A stretch of 64,000 bases of DNA, from positions 22,656 through 86,655 of IMG/VR virus record IMGVR_UViG_3300050119_000072, one strand, 5' to 3'. Positions 17,448 through 27,054 of this stretch are shown one piece after another. The translations under genes and the position numbers were made by a program. Each line of letters opens with the position of its first letter. The first letter of the stretch is position 1. This DNA comes from a virus. The notes beneath the pieces were generated by a model, which did not search any database, was not told where the DNA came from, and saw only the letters and a list, made by a program, of their open reading frames with translations.

Positions 17448-18935
17448 ATGACAGTCATCTATCTCACCGTCGGCACAAAATGGGTCGCGCCGCAAAATTG
17501 GAGCAACACCGGCGCGACGATTGAGTTGATTGGCGGAGGCGGTGGTGGCGTCTCAGTTGCCGGCGGCGTCGGTGGCGGCGGTGGCGGCGGCCAATATGTA
17601 GTCACGACGACGCCAAATATCGTAGCCGGCACAACCTACTCTTACGTGATCGGCCAAGGCGGCGCGGCCAACGCCAACGGCACAAATACAACCTTCACCG
17701 ATGGCGGCGGGACTTACACCGCACACGCCGGTCAGACCGGATCAACCATCACTGGCGGGGCAGGTGGCACCGGCGCAGGCGGTGGGACTGGCTCGAACGT
17801 CGGTGGCGCTGGCGGCAACGCATCGACGGATGCAGGCGGCGGCGGCGGCGCTGGTGGCGCGACCGGCGCAGGCACGGCGGGCGCAGCCGGCACAATCGGC
17901 GGCGATGGTGCTGGTGGTTCGGGCGACGCTGGCGCAGGCGGCGCTGGCGGTACGGCGGCAGGCGGCGTTGGCGGCGCAGGCTCCGAATGGACCGCGACAG
18001 GATTAAACGGCGGCGCGGCAGGCTCCGGCGGCGGCGGCGGCGGCAAGCAAGCTGGGACCGGCGGCGCCGGCGGATTGTATGGGGCGGGCGGCGGCGGCGG
18101 CGCGACGGGTGGTGCGGGCAAAAACGGCATCATCGTCATCACCTATACGCCGACATCGCAGCCAACGATTTACATTTTCAAAGACCTCACGGTCACGAAT
18201 TTTTCGACGCCATCCGATTGCATAGTCGCAAATTATCTTGTCGTCGCTGGCGGCGGCGGGGCCGGCTATTCGCAGGCCGGCGGCGGCGGCGGCGGCCAAG
18301 TATTGACCGGCGGCCAAACTCCGGTCGCCGGCGCGAATTACGCACTATCAATTGGCGCCGGCGGCACGGCTGGTACAGGCGCCGGCGTCGCAACGAATGG
18401 TTCCAACTCTGTCTTTACTGGGGTTTCCACTGTCACGGCGACGGGCGGCTTAAAATCTGGCGATAACGGCGCTAACAACGGCGCTAATTCAGGCTCGGGA
18501 AATGCCGGCGGCACCGGCGGCGGCGGTGGTGGCGGCGGCGGTGGTGGCGGTGGCAACGGCGGAGTCGGCTCAAATAATTCCGGTAATAACGGCGGCAATG
18601 GCGGCATCGGTACATCGAGCACCATATCGGGAGCCTCGGTTGGTTACGGCGGCGGTGGTGGCGGCGGCGGCCATGCGGGAGGGAGCGGCGGCACTGCGAC
18701 CTCTGGCGGTGGCAATGCTGGTCAAACGCCGGATTCGCCAGGGCTCAACGGCACTGCAAATACTGGCGGCGGTGGTGGCGGCGGCAGCAATAGCGCGGCA
18801 GCCCAAGCCGGCGGTGGCGGCGGTTCGGGCATCATCATTATCAGTTACTCGACCACGCCATCGCATGTGCCATACGATCAAAGCGCAGACGCCCTCATTC
18901 GTGAAATGAACCGCTCGCAGATGGTGGCATACTAA
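17448..18935 (+). CDS. Glycine-rich fibre-like protein with two Gly-rich domains
   Basis: IGGGGGG...GKNGIIVITY and VAGGGG...GSGIIIISY domain brackets. Confidence 0.85.
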   Translation: MTVIYLTVGTKWVAPQNWSNTGATIELIGGGGGGVSVAGGVGGGGGGGQYVVTTTPNIVAGTTYSYVIGQGGAANANGTNTTFTDGGGTYTAHAGQTGSTITGGAGGTGAGGGTGSNVGGAGGNASTDAGGGGGAGGATGAGTAGAAGTIGGDGAGGSGDAGAGGAGGTAAGGVGGAGSEWTATGLNGGAAGSGGGGGGKQAGTGGAGGLYGAGGGGGATGGAGKNGIIVITYTPTSQPTIYIFKDLTVTNFSTPSDCIVANYLVVAGGGGAGYSQAGGGGGGQVLTGGQTPVAGANYALSIGAGGTAGTGAGVATNGSNSVFTGVSTVTATGGLKSGDNGANNGANSGSGNAGGTGGGGGGGGGGGGGNGGVGSNNSGNNGGNGGIGTSSTISGASVGYGGGGGGGGHAGGSGGTATSGGGNAGQTPDSPGLNGTANTGGGGGGGSNSAAAQAGGGGGSGIIIISYSTTPSHVPYDQSADALIREMNRSQMVAY

Positions 18936-19999
18936 TGTCACGCAAAATTTTATACCCGGCGATTGCGCTCATAGCAGCGCAAAGCGCTGGCATGGGGCCG
19001 AACGACATTGTCGGCGGCTTTCACCCGGAATCGCCAGTCGTTTTTGTGCGGCCGTTCAACGCGGCATTGCAGCAGCACACCACGCAAGTGCTGCGGCCGA
19101 TTCCCAATCAGTTAAGCGTTGAAGGCGTCTACGCGCAGCCGCCTGATGTTTTTGCCAAGCCATTTCCGGCGAGCGAACAGCAATTCTCGGCGCATGATCC
19201 ACGCGCCGTACCAGACCAATTAAATGTTGAGGGCGTCTATTTTCAGTCGCCGGACGTTTTCGCAAAACCGTTCCCGGCGCACGAACAACAGTTCAACAGT
19301 TTCCAGCCGCAAGGGTTTGTCAAATCGACGTTCCCCGATGGCTGGCGCAGTTACCAGTGGGAATATCGGTTTGCCAAGCCGTTCCCCGTCGCTGAACAGC
19401 AATTCTCGACCTATTTCAAATTCCCGCCTGGCGTTGTCCCGCAGGGCTGGTATCCGCACGAACCGGAAGTATTTGCCAAACCGTTCCCGGTCACCGAGCA
19501 AAGCTTCCAGCCGGTCCGGGAACCGGTGCCACCACCGCCTCCTGGCTTTGGCTGGTGGGGTTATCAGTTCAATTATGCTTTCACCAAGCCGTTTAACGCG
19601 GCATTGCAGCAATTTCAGGCGTGGGATTTGGTCGGCGCTGTTCCGCCGAACCTGCCGCCTGGCGCCGGCAAGCGCTACAAAAAGCCCACCGATTATCTCC
19701 CCGAGCCGCCTTGGGACGTTAAGCCCAATAAGCCGTTCCGTCCGGTCTGGGATAAACCCAAGGGCGGCGAGATCGAGCAGCCGGCCAAGGTCGCCACGCC
19801 AGCCGGACCGCCGCCGCTGCCGCCGGCGAGCATCTTCGGCCCACCGGGATATGCACAGCGGCCGGCGCTCAATCTGCCGAATTTTAACAATTATGCGCCA
19901 CAAGACCCGCACGGACTCGCGCAGCGCATGAACGACGCGCAGGACTTGAGCGATGCCGTCGCCGTGCTCAAGGCATTAGGGCTGATATCGCAAGGGTAG
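18935..19999 (+). CDS. Pro/Phe-rich repeat protein
   Basis: Six copies of a F(A/T/V)(K/R)PF...(E/L)QQ motif. Confidence 0.75.
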   Translation: MSRKILYPAIALIAAQSAGMGPNDIVGGFHPESPVVFVRPFNAALQQHTTQVLRPIPNQLSVEGVYAQPPDVFAKPFPASEQQFSAHDPRAVPDQLNVEGVYFQSPDVFAKPFPAHEQQFNSFQPQGFVKSTFPDGWRSYQWEYRFAKPFPVAEQQFSTYFKFPPGVVPQGWYPHEPEVFAKPFPVTEQSFQPVREPVPPPPPGFGWWGYQFNYAFTKPFNAALQQFQAWDLVGAVPPNLPPGAGKRYKKPTDYLPEPPWDVKPNKPFRPVWDKPKGGEIEQPAKVATPAGPPPLPPASIFGPPGYAQRPALNLPNFNNYAPQDPHGLAQRMNDAQDLSDAVAVLKALGLISQG

Positions 20000-20002
20000 C
20001 GT

Positions 20003-20407
20003 ATGGCGGAAGACCCGGTCCAGCGGCTTGCAAAACTGCGGATCATCAAGGCCAGCGCCGACCTCGACGTCCAATTCTCGGTCAAGCGCGCCGATCGCCC
20101 CTCGATCGAGATATTGCGCTTGCTGCGCGATGCCGCGGCAACATCACTCGCCGCAATGGTCTTCCTCAACCTCGACGACCCGGCAGACCTTATCAAATGC
20201 AAGGTCATGCAGAATGAGGTCAAGCGCTACGACGAGTGGGTCGGCTGGCTGCGCCAGATCGTAAATGAAGGGCGCGAACTCGACCGCCAAATGAGCGACG
20301 ACGAGCGCAACGAAATGCTCGATATCCTCATGTCGACCGGCGAAGGCCAGGAAGAAGCGATCGCGCTCGGCCTGGTCGACCCCAATAAGCGCGGCGCCGA
20401 AGAATAA
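20003..20407 (+). CDS. Hypothetical protein upstream of scaffold
   Basis: 134 aa helical ORF. Confidence 0.7.
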   Translation: MAEDPVQRLAKLRIIKASADLDVQFSVKRADRPSIEILRLLRDAAATSLAAMVFLNLDDPADLIKCKVMQNEVKRYDEWVGWLRQIVNEGRELDRQMSDDERNEMLDILMSTGEGQEEAIALGLVDPNKRGAEE

Positions 20408-20438
20408 GGCCGCCGGCTATCAAGCACTGATTTCGCAA

Positions 20439-20462
20439 GAGGCGCCACCCGGCGCCTTTTTG
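20439..20462 (+). terminator. Putative intrinsic terminator
   Basis: AGGCGCC-ACCC-GGCGCCT followed by T-run. Confidence 0.6.
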
Positions 20463-20485
20463 CATTTGAGGGAGCCAAGACCCGT

Positions 20486-21811
20486 ATGCCTGCACCGGAC
20501 AAGCAGACCCAAGAGAGAGAATCGGCGGACCGCGCCAAAGCGGGCGTAGTCCCCGGGGAGGGCGGCGAAGCCCTCAATGCCATCGACGACGGCGCGCCAG
20601 GCGCCGATCCCGCACCGGCAGCCCGGCAAGCGCCGGCAGCCGAACCCGCACCGAAGCCTGCGCCCGTCCCGCGCAGTCGGCAGGACGACGCGCGCAACGC
20701 CATCACGGCGCGCTTCCGCACCGATCGCGGGCAGGAAGCCGCAGACAACGCCGACGATGTGAGCGAATTCACCCGCAGCGGCATGCCTCCGGAATTCGCG
20801 GAGAACAACGCGGCTGTCGCCGAACCGCCGCCGCAAGAACCCGAGCCGGCCGCGCCAGAGCCCACTGCCGCTGAGCCCGTCGCACTGCCCAAGACCGTGA
20901 AGGTCAAGGTGCGCGGCCAGGAGCAGGAACTCCCGCTCGAAACCGTTATTGCCGAAGCGCAAAAGGCGCTCGCCGGCGAAAGCTATCTCAGCGAAGGCCG
21001 AAAAGCGCTCGAAGAGATCGAGCGCCGCCTTCGCGCGACCCCAGATCCGGCTGTACGTGGCCAGACGCAGCAACACCCCGCTGCGACGAACGACGTGCAG
21101 CCTACTGCCCCGGCTCCCGCCGATGGCGTCGATCCTCAGCACCCCGAGGACCTGATCCAGAAGCTTATGGAGACGATGCAATTTGGCGACCCCGCCGAAG
21201 CCCGCAACCTGCTCGAAAACACCCTTTCGGGAATGGTCGCAGCCAAAGTGGCGCCCGCCGTCAACGCGGCACTGCAATCCGATCGCCTTAAAGACGAAGG
21301 CGCCAAGACCGCAGCCGTCCTCGCTGACTTTGAGACCAAGCACGCCGACATTGCAGCCGATCCACGCGCTCGCGCGGTGATCGAGCAAGATGTCATCGGC
21401 CAACAGGTCGATGATCTCCGCAAGCTCGGCGTCGACCCCGCCAAGATCAGGCCAGACGGATTGTCCCCGACACCAGGGGACATTGCCGAGGCCCACAAAT
21501 GGTATCGCTCGCAAGGGCACAAGCTGACCACTCCGGCAGACATGCTCGAGACCGGCTTGAAAAATTACCTCGATTGGCGCGGGCCGAAAACGAACACGCC
21601 ACCGGCCAACCCGGCAACGCCGCCAACGCTCGACGTCACTGTCGATCGCACGGTGCGCCGCCAGGCCATCCCACAACAGCCCGGACGAGCCGCAGTACCC
21701 CGTCAGGACCCTCAACGCAGCCAGCCCGCGCCAGCGCGGGACCGCTCGAGGATCGTCCAAGACGAGATCGCACGGCGCAACGCCCCACGGGGAAAAGTCG
21801 CCGTCAGCTAA
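20486..21811 (+). CDS. Capsid scaffolding protein
   Basis: Acidic/Pro-rich N-terminus, VKVKVRGQEQE...AQK motif, directly upstream of MCP. Confidence 0.8.
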   Translation: MPAPDKQTQERESADRAKAGVVPGEGGEALNAIDDGAPGADPAPAARQAPAAEPAPKPAPVPRSRQDDARNAITARFRTDRGQEAADNADDVSEFTRSGMPPEFAENNAAVAEPPPQEPEPAAPEPTAAEPVALPKTVKVKVRGQEQELPLETVIAEAQKALAGESYLSEGRKALEEIERRLRATPDPAVRGQTQQHPAATNDVQPTAPAPADGVDPQHPEDLIQKLMETMQFGDPAEARNLLENTLSGMVAAKVAPAVNAALQSDRLKDEGAKTAAVLADFETKHADIAADPRARAVIEQDVIGQQVDDLRKLGVDPAKIRPDGLSPTPGDIAEAHKWYRSQGHKLTTPADMLETGLKNYLDWRGPKTNTPPANPATPPTLDVTVDRTVRRQAIPQQPGRAAVPRQDPQRSQPAPARDRSRIVQDEIARRNAPRGKVAVS

Positions 21812-21847
21812 AGCCGACGGGCTAAGTCACGAAAGGAAACTGCCACC

Positions 21848-21868
21848 ATGGCAGGGCAACTCTGGGTT
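21848..21868 (+). CDS. Major capsid protein exon 1 (MAGQLWV)
   Basis: AAAGGA RBS, ATG 21848; frame hits TGA after 11 codons unless spliced; splice site uncertain by 1 nt. Confidence 0.75.
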
Positions 21869-22960
21869 AATGCCCCCATCTGATCGCAAGATCAGAATGT
21901 GCACCGGATGAATTGCTGGGATAGCCTTAGAGCCTTGATCGCTACAGCGTGGCCCGCAAGGGCGAGCGCGAACGCGAAAAAGATCAAGGATTGGCCAATC
22001 AGCAGCCAAGCGCCATAGGAATATGGCGAAGGTTCAACGACTAGGTAAAGTAATCCAGACCGGATGAAATGCCCAAGAGCCTCCGGGACTTCACTGCCAA
22101 TAATTGAGGTATACGCGGCGCTTTCTGCGAAGAGAGATAGTAGCGTCGCGGTAAATCCAGTGCAGCACCTTCGCGCTGCCACCATATCCTGACAACCTCC
22201 AGCATTCTTTTGCTCTGGCCTTCGTAAGGCTTATGCCAGTGTGAGTGTGGATGGCGTTCGCAACACCATCAATAAAAGCGGACGTACCAAGAAAATAGAA
22301 CGCCTTTTTCGGCAACGCGCGAATGTGCCCGTCGCCGTCTAAAGAACCTCTCAGAAAATGTCGTTCTAAATGCCATGGAATGTTGGGATATCGAAGCGTC
22401 ACCGACTTACCGGGAACGATGCCGTGTTTCGCTAGATCAGCTACGAGCTTCTTGCTGTCGAATGTAATCTGTTTTCGCGGGCCTGATCCTGGAAAACCAC
22501 CAGGGGCCTTATCGAAAACACGAGCATCCGATTGCATCGCTCGCCGCAGATCATAAAGAATGTGTTTGTCTCGCACCTGTAGGGCAATACTGACTTGCTT
22601 TCCAGACCGAGAGACAGACCCATCGGCTGAAAGAAGGCCAAGGGCGTAAGCCTTTTGCTCGGTGTTAATTACCGCAAAAAAGTCGTGATCGAGGGCGTAC
22701 CGATTGACCCTCGGCTTCGTTGGAATGCCGTAATGCCGTCTCCAATCGCCAACTGATCGGCCAGTAACGCCGAACATCTTGCCGATTTGCTCATCGTGCT
22801 TGGTCTCGTAAAGCGCCATGAGCTTTGTTTTGGATACGCGCATTCGTGGTAACCTCCGGTACATACGTGTATCGTACCAGCAGAAGAAGTCAAGATATAG
22901 TCTGTGCTGCATGGAGACATGCAGGAGCGCTTCATAAACAGGAGCGCGCGAACATCAGCG
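21869..22960 (+). ncRNA. Group I intron 1 in major capsid gene
   Basis: P GAATTGCTGGGA, Q AATCAGCAG, R GTTCAACGACTA, S AAGATATAGTC; P1 GGGT/GCCC; P9 CTGCATG-GAGA-CATGCAG. Confidence 0.9.
22091..22843 (-). CDS. Intron-encoded double-motif LAGLIDADG homing endonuclease with N-terminal HTH
   Basis: AYALGLLSADGS and HFLRGSLDGDG; GGAGGT RBS before ATG 22843. Confidence 0.9.
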   Translation of the reverse strand: MRVSKTKLMALYETKHDEQIGKMFGVTGRSVGDWRRHYGIPTKPRVNRYALDHDFFAVINTEQKAYALGLLSADGSVSRSGKQVSIALQVRDKHILYDLRRAMQSDARVFDKAPGGFPGSGPRKQITFDSKKLVADLAKHGIVPGKSVTLRYPNIPWHLERHFLRGSLDGDGHIRALPKKAFYFLGTSAFIDGVANAIHTHTGISLTKARAKECWRLSGYGGSAKVLHWIYRDATISLRRKRRVYLNYWQ

Positions 22961-23226
22961 ATACCCGCCGAGGGTGGATATATGTACAGCGACGAGCTGT
23001 CCGATGTCCTCCGTCAGCAGGTTCAGCCCCTGACCAAGATGAGGCAACTTTGCGATGCCGAGGACGGCACCAAAAAGGGTCTCAATCGCGGTGATAAATA
23101 CAACTGGGACGTCTATTCCAACGTCGGTACGCAAGGCCGGCGCTTGGACGAAAGCGCACCGATCCCGGAGACGGGCTTCACCATCATCCAACATCAGTTG
23201 ACTGTCTACGAAGCCGGCAATTCGGT
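22961..23226 (+). CDS. Major capsid protein exon 2
   Basis: IPAEGGYMYSDELSDVLR...EAGNSV, N4-gp56-type MCP sequence. Confidence 0.85.
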
Positions 23227-23230
23227 TCTC

Positions 23231-23938
23231 TTAAACGGAGCCGCCTTGTCTCTTGCTGCCTAGCTTCTTGATGTAGAGCCTCACTTTTGGACCGTATGTC
23301 TCGGTCTTTTTGTGGCACTCAAAACATAATGTGCGCGCGTTTGTTGGGTCTAGCGCCCGATCTAGCGCGACGCAGATTGGCTCGATGTGATCGACGTTAA
23401 GAACGATCCTTGAACCTCTGCCTTTATGATTGCGGTCCCCGCATTCTTGGCAAGTCCAACGGTCACGCTTCAATATCGATCTACGAAACTCCTTGTATGC
23501 GGCGGTATCGCGAACTCCGCCGTCACCACCGAGCCAGTTACCGTGGTCCGGACCAGATGCAATGCCGTTCGGGTATTGCGCCTTAGTCAGACCAGCATTC
23601 CAGGCCACTTGGCCTTTCTTCGATTGAAGCCACCGTTTGCGAAGCTTCGGATCATTCCGAAGTCTCTCGTTGACCTTGGACCAATCGTTGAACGGCTCAT
23701 GCCCTGGTTGAAAGCCCATCCGTTCCAATGACGGGTGATCGGCCTTTGTCAGACCGTCGTTCCATGCCGGGATATTTCCGGTTTGGGTTTTACGGCAGTT
23801 TGGATGATGCCCGCGCTTGTAAATGGGGAATGTCGCTTTCCCATTTCGATCGCGATGGCGGTAGTTAAGACGCGCCTTAAAGCGCTCTTTGCAGCCGCAT
23901 TGGCAGACCTTGGTTTGATAGACGGCTTTCGTTGGCAT
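23231..23938 (-). CDS. Intron-encoded HNH endonuclease
   Basis: CQCGC N-terminus, RD.WTCQEC, VDHIEP, N.RTLCFECH; probable start 23938. Confidence 0.9.
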   Translation of the reverse strand: MPTKAVYQTKVCQCGCKERFKARLNYRHRDRNGKATFPIYKRGHHPNCRKTQTGNIPAWNDGLTKADHPSLERMGFQPGHEPFNDWSKVNERLRNDPKLRKRWLQSKKGQVAWNAGLTKAQYPNGIASGPDHGNWLGGDGGVRDTAAYKEFRRSILKRDRWTCQECGDRNHKGRGSRIVLNVDHIEPICVALDRALDPTNARTLCFECHKKTETYGPKVRLYIKKLGSKRQGGSV

Positions 23939-23945
23939 ACGGTAC

Positions 23946-23975
23946 ATTATACAGGAAAGCAGAAACAGAAGGCAA
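23946..23975 (-). promoter_or_regulatory. Sigma70-like promoter for intron 2 HNH (leaderless)
   Basis: TTGCCT-N18-TATAAT-N7-ATG on minus strand. Confidence 0.65.
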
Positions 23976-24186
23976 GGAAAATCGCGTGAAACGGGGAAAC
24001 TCTCTCTGAGACAATCCCGTAGGAAGCTACCGAGGGCCTTTGGTTCGGTAGAACCTCTAGAGACTAGGCTGTGAGTCCCAACAATAATCAGCCCACGAGC
24101 GCGCGACGCGAAAGCGAAAAGATAGTCCCATCAGCACGGCGACGTGTTGGAAGCCGCGGATAAAGAGCCGCAGCGAAGAAGAAATG

Positions 24187-24892
24187 TCCGTACACCGGCA
24201 AGCTAGTTGCGTTGGCGAAGCATCAAGTCGCCGCGATCATCGACAAGACGTTGAAGGACGACGCGCGCAAGTATTTTGACATCGAAGCGTATTTGCAGTT
24301 CAAGAACACTGCACTGCGCGCCGAACCGTCGAGCGGCACGTCCACCACCGCGATCAACCTCGACACCACGGGCACTGCCTCGGTGACGAACAACGTCGCG
24401 TTGGGCACCGGTCACATCAAGGCGATCGTCGACACGATGAAAGAACGCAACGTGCCGCCATTTACGGCGGACGATTACGTTGGCGTGTCGCACCCATCGA
24501 CCTGGCGTAACCTCAAGAACTCGCTCGAGACCATTCACCAATACACGGAGACTGGCCTCGCGCACATCTTCAACGGCGAGATTGGCCGTTACGAAAGCTG
24601 CCGCTTTGTCGAGCAGACCTTCATTCCGAAGGGCGGCGCGGCAAATGCGACGAGCTACGATCCGTGGGGCGGCGTTGCGCAGCCCTGGACTAACGGGCTC
24701 AGCTCGTGGGCTTTCATCATGGGCGGCGACACGGTGACGGAAGCCGTATGCGTGCCCGAAGAAATCCGCGCGAAAATCCCTGGTGACTTCGGCCGCTCAC
24801 GCGGCATCGCCTGGTATTACCTCGGCGGCTTTGGTCTGGTCCACACCGATGCGCTTAATGCGCGCGTCGTGATGTGGGACAGCGCAGCTTGA
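24187..24892 (+). CDS. Major capsid protein exon 3 (spliced product about 330 aa)
   Basis: PYTGKL...NGEIGRYE..RFVEQT...EEIRAKIPGDFGRSRGIAWYYLGGF. Confidence 0.9.
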
Positions 24893-24907
24893 GGAGGGTC
24901 AGCACAC

Positions 24908-25660
24908 ATGGCATACGAACAGGCTGACATTCGCGAGTATAGCTGGGGTCTAGATCAGACCTTCGGCGCCACCACCGTCACGCATCAGATCGTCGGGCCC
25001 AAGGGCAAGGTCGGTTTTGTGCGCGATATCTCGGTCGATTGCGCCACGTCGTTCTCTGGAACGGTTATTCCGGAAATCGACATTGGCCTTTCCTCTGGCG
25101 ATTACACCTTTGGGCGCTATCGTCTTGGAACGACCGCGTCCTCCGGTTACGGCGTTGGCCCGCACAGCGCGAGCCAGGAGGCCATCACCGGCAACCCGCC
25201 GCGCACTCTTGCGGATTACACGGGCCACGTCGTTCTCGACGGCGGCCCGCTCACGTCGCAAGGCATCGCCGGCGGCTCGTACAGCACGCAAGTGCCGGCG
25301 GGCCGTATTCCGGCATCGGGCTGGACGATCACGAACGTCGTCAATGGCACTAGCAACGTCTGTCGCGTTTACGCGAACGGATTGTCGGCGGCGCCTGGTG
25401 GCATTCAGGTCGGACAGACCGTGACGGTGCAGGGCGTCAGTGGCGCTACCGGCGTCAACGGCATCGCCAAAGTGTCGGCGGTCGACACCACGAACTACCA
25501 GTGGTTCGAACTCGGCGGCACGACCTTCGGCGGCACTTACACCAACGGAGGTATCGCCTTCCTGAGCGTGTTCGTGACCTTGCTGCAGGGCACGGGTTCT
25601 GGCGCTGGCGGCGGTTACGTCCGCGTCAAGATCCAGTGGATCGGTCCGGATACGCCGTAA
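24908..25660 (+). CDS. Capsid decoration/cement-like protein
   Basis: GAGGAG RBS directly after MCP, Gly/Thr-rich beta protein. Confidence 0.7.
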   Translation: MAYEQADIREYSWGLDQTFGATTVTHQIVGPKGKVGFVRDISVDCATSFSGTVIPEIDIGLSSGDYTFGRYRLGTTASSGYGVGPHSASQEAITGNPPRTLADYTGHVVLDGGPLTSQGIAGGSYSTQVPAGRIPASGWTITNVVNGTSNVCRVYANGLSAAPGGIQVGQTVTVQGVSGATGVNGIAKVSAVDTTNYQWFELGGTTFGGTYTNGGIAFLSVFVTLLQGTGSGAGGGYVRVKIQWIGPDTP

Positions 25661-25683
25661 TAGGCGGATTGCGAACACCAAAG

Positions 25684-25712
25684 AACGGGGGGCCATCCGG
25701 CTCCCCGTTTTC
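25684..25712 (+). terminator. Putative intrinsic terminator
   Basis: AACGGGGGGCC-ATCC-GGCTCCCCGTT followed by TT. Confidence 0.6.
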
Positions 25713-25731
25713 ACCAAGAAGGAGCACGCGC

Positions 25732-25968
25732 ATGCGTGGCATCGGACTTTTCTTCGGCGGCATGAACGGCAAACGAAACGACCCGGTCAAAGTTGTTGAC
25801 CCTCATCCGGTCCATGACTACGGCGATGACGTCGAGAAAGGAAATGCTGGACTTGACGGCTATACTTGCCTCAGTCGGGCAAATCCAAATGCGCAGGGAT
25901 CACCACCGCCCGTCGCTGGCGTAATTGGTCCGGTCTACAACGGGCCAGCAAATGATTTTGAGCAATGA
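25732..25968 (+). CDS. Hypothetical protein
   Basis: AAGGAG RBS, ATG 25732. Confidence 0.65.
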   Translation: MRGIGLFFGGMNGKRNDPVKVVDPHPVHDYGDDVEKGNAGLDGYTCLSRANPNAQGSPPPVAGVIGPVYNGPANDFEQ

Positions 25969-25974
25969 CGGGAC

Positions 25975-26688
25975 CTACAGTAAGCGTCCGTTCCTTTGCG
26001 CAAAGACAAGCGGGTCTGTCGCGTGCTTTTCCCGATTGCATTTAATACAAAGTAACTGAATGTTCTCAATGTAATTTGAGCCGCCTTTTGCTAATGGAAC
26101 ATAATGGTCGACTTCGTACTTTCCATTTAGCCTGCGGAAACAGAACGCGCATTTGCCGGACTGTTTATCATATAGGGCGTTGACTTGTTTCTGCGTGTGG
26201 CGACCTGCTGCCCCTCTTTCTTTGGCGCGACGGTTGCGGCGTTTTTGTTTACGCACGTCAGGATGACGTTTCTCCCACGCGCGTTTGGTGGCGTTTATCC
26301 GTATTTTGTGGCGCTCTCGGATGCGCCTGTCTTGTTTTCTTACTTTCGCAGGGTGCGTTTGCCTTTCTTTCTTATGTTTCTCTCTAATCGTTTCCGCGTT
26401 CCGCGAATAATAATCTTCGCCACAAGCTCGCAGCCCTTTTTGATACGCCTTAGCGCGCGGTAGTTCTACGTCTCTATTCCTCTCGTAGTGCCTGCGCCTC
26501 GCAGCCTTTTTCTTCGACGGATTTGCTGCGCTCCATATACGATAGGCTTCTGCGCAACACTCAACACATTGATTTTGGTGAGTGTAGCGCTCGCATACAT
26601 GACCGTTCTTGCACGAGACGCCAGAGTAATAACGCTTTAGCCCAGCGGCTTTGGCGTCGCGTCTACGCAGAATCATGGTGGTGCCCAT
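25975..26688 (-). CDS. Freestanding HNH homing endonuclease
   Basis: GLKRYYSG..CKNGH..ERY, CVEC, CAFC, VDHYVPLAKGGSN...NIQLLC..CN. Confidence 0.9.
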   Translation of the reverse strand: MGTTMILRRRDAKAAGLKRYYSGVSCKNGHVCERYTHQNQCVECCAEAYRIWSAANPSKKKAARRRHYERNRDVELPRAKAYQKGLRACGEDYYSRNAETIREKHKKERQTHPAKVRKQDRRIRERHKIRINATKRAWEKRHPDVRKQKRRNRRAKERGAAGRHTQKQVNALYDKQSGKCAFCFRRLNGKYEVDHYVPLAKGGSNYIENIQLLCIKCNREKHATDPLVFAQRNGRLL

Positions 26689-26738
26689 GACAAAAACTAG
26701 CACCGCCCCACGATAGCAATCAACCGAAAGGAAACACA

Positions 26739-27053
26739 ATGGCTAAAGATATGTCGAAGGGTCCCTACAAAAAGGATCACCCAGAAAATTTTATTGAAGG
26801 AGCCTTGACCGGTGGTCATGGTCCCTCGGAAGGCATCCACGAAACGCACGTCGATCGCCCGCACCAGACCATCAATACCGCGGTCGCAATGGACAACGTC
26901 AAGCTCGCAATGCCGATCAAGACCTCGATCCTCGACGATGAGTTCCCCGGCGGCGTGGACAACCTCAAGCATTCACTCAGCGGCGCGTCCGCGGTGAACG
27001 AGGAAGTCGGCGCGGCTGGACCGGTACGCCACATTATCGTACCTGGGCATTGA
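26739..27053 (+). CDS. Hypothetical protein
   Basis: AAAGGA RBS, GC3-rich. Confidence 0.7.
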   Translation: MAKDMSKGPYKKDHPENFIEGALTGGHGPSEGIHETHVDRPHQTINTAVAMDNVKLAMPIKTSILDDEFPGGVDNLKHSLSGASAVNEEVGAAGPVRHIIVPGH

Positions 27054-27054
27054 C

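Larger units (their letters stand above)
23227..24186 (+). ncRNA. Group I intron 2 in major capsid gene
   Basis: P1 CGGT^TCT pairs with GGAGCCG (U.G at splice site); P AACGGGGAA, Q AATCCCGTAG, R CTAGAGACTAG, S AAGATAGTCC; terminal G 24186; splicing restores GNSV-PYTGKL. Confidence 0.92.

Noticed and set aside
17530-18830. GGC tandem runs as repeat element or DGR target
   Set aside because: Explained by polyglycine coding; no TR/VR pair or reverse transcriptase seen
22904-23263. 119-aa ORF as a stand-alone gene
   Set aside because: It is MCP exon 2 flanked by intron sequence
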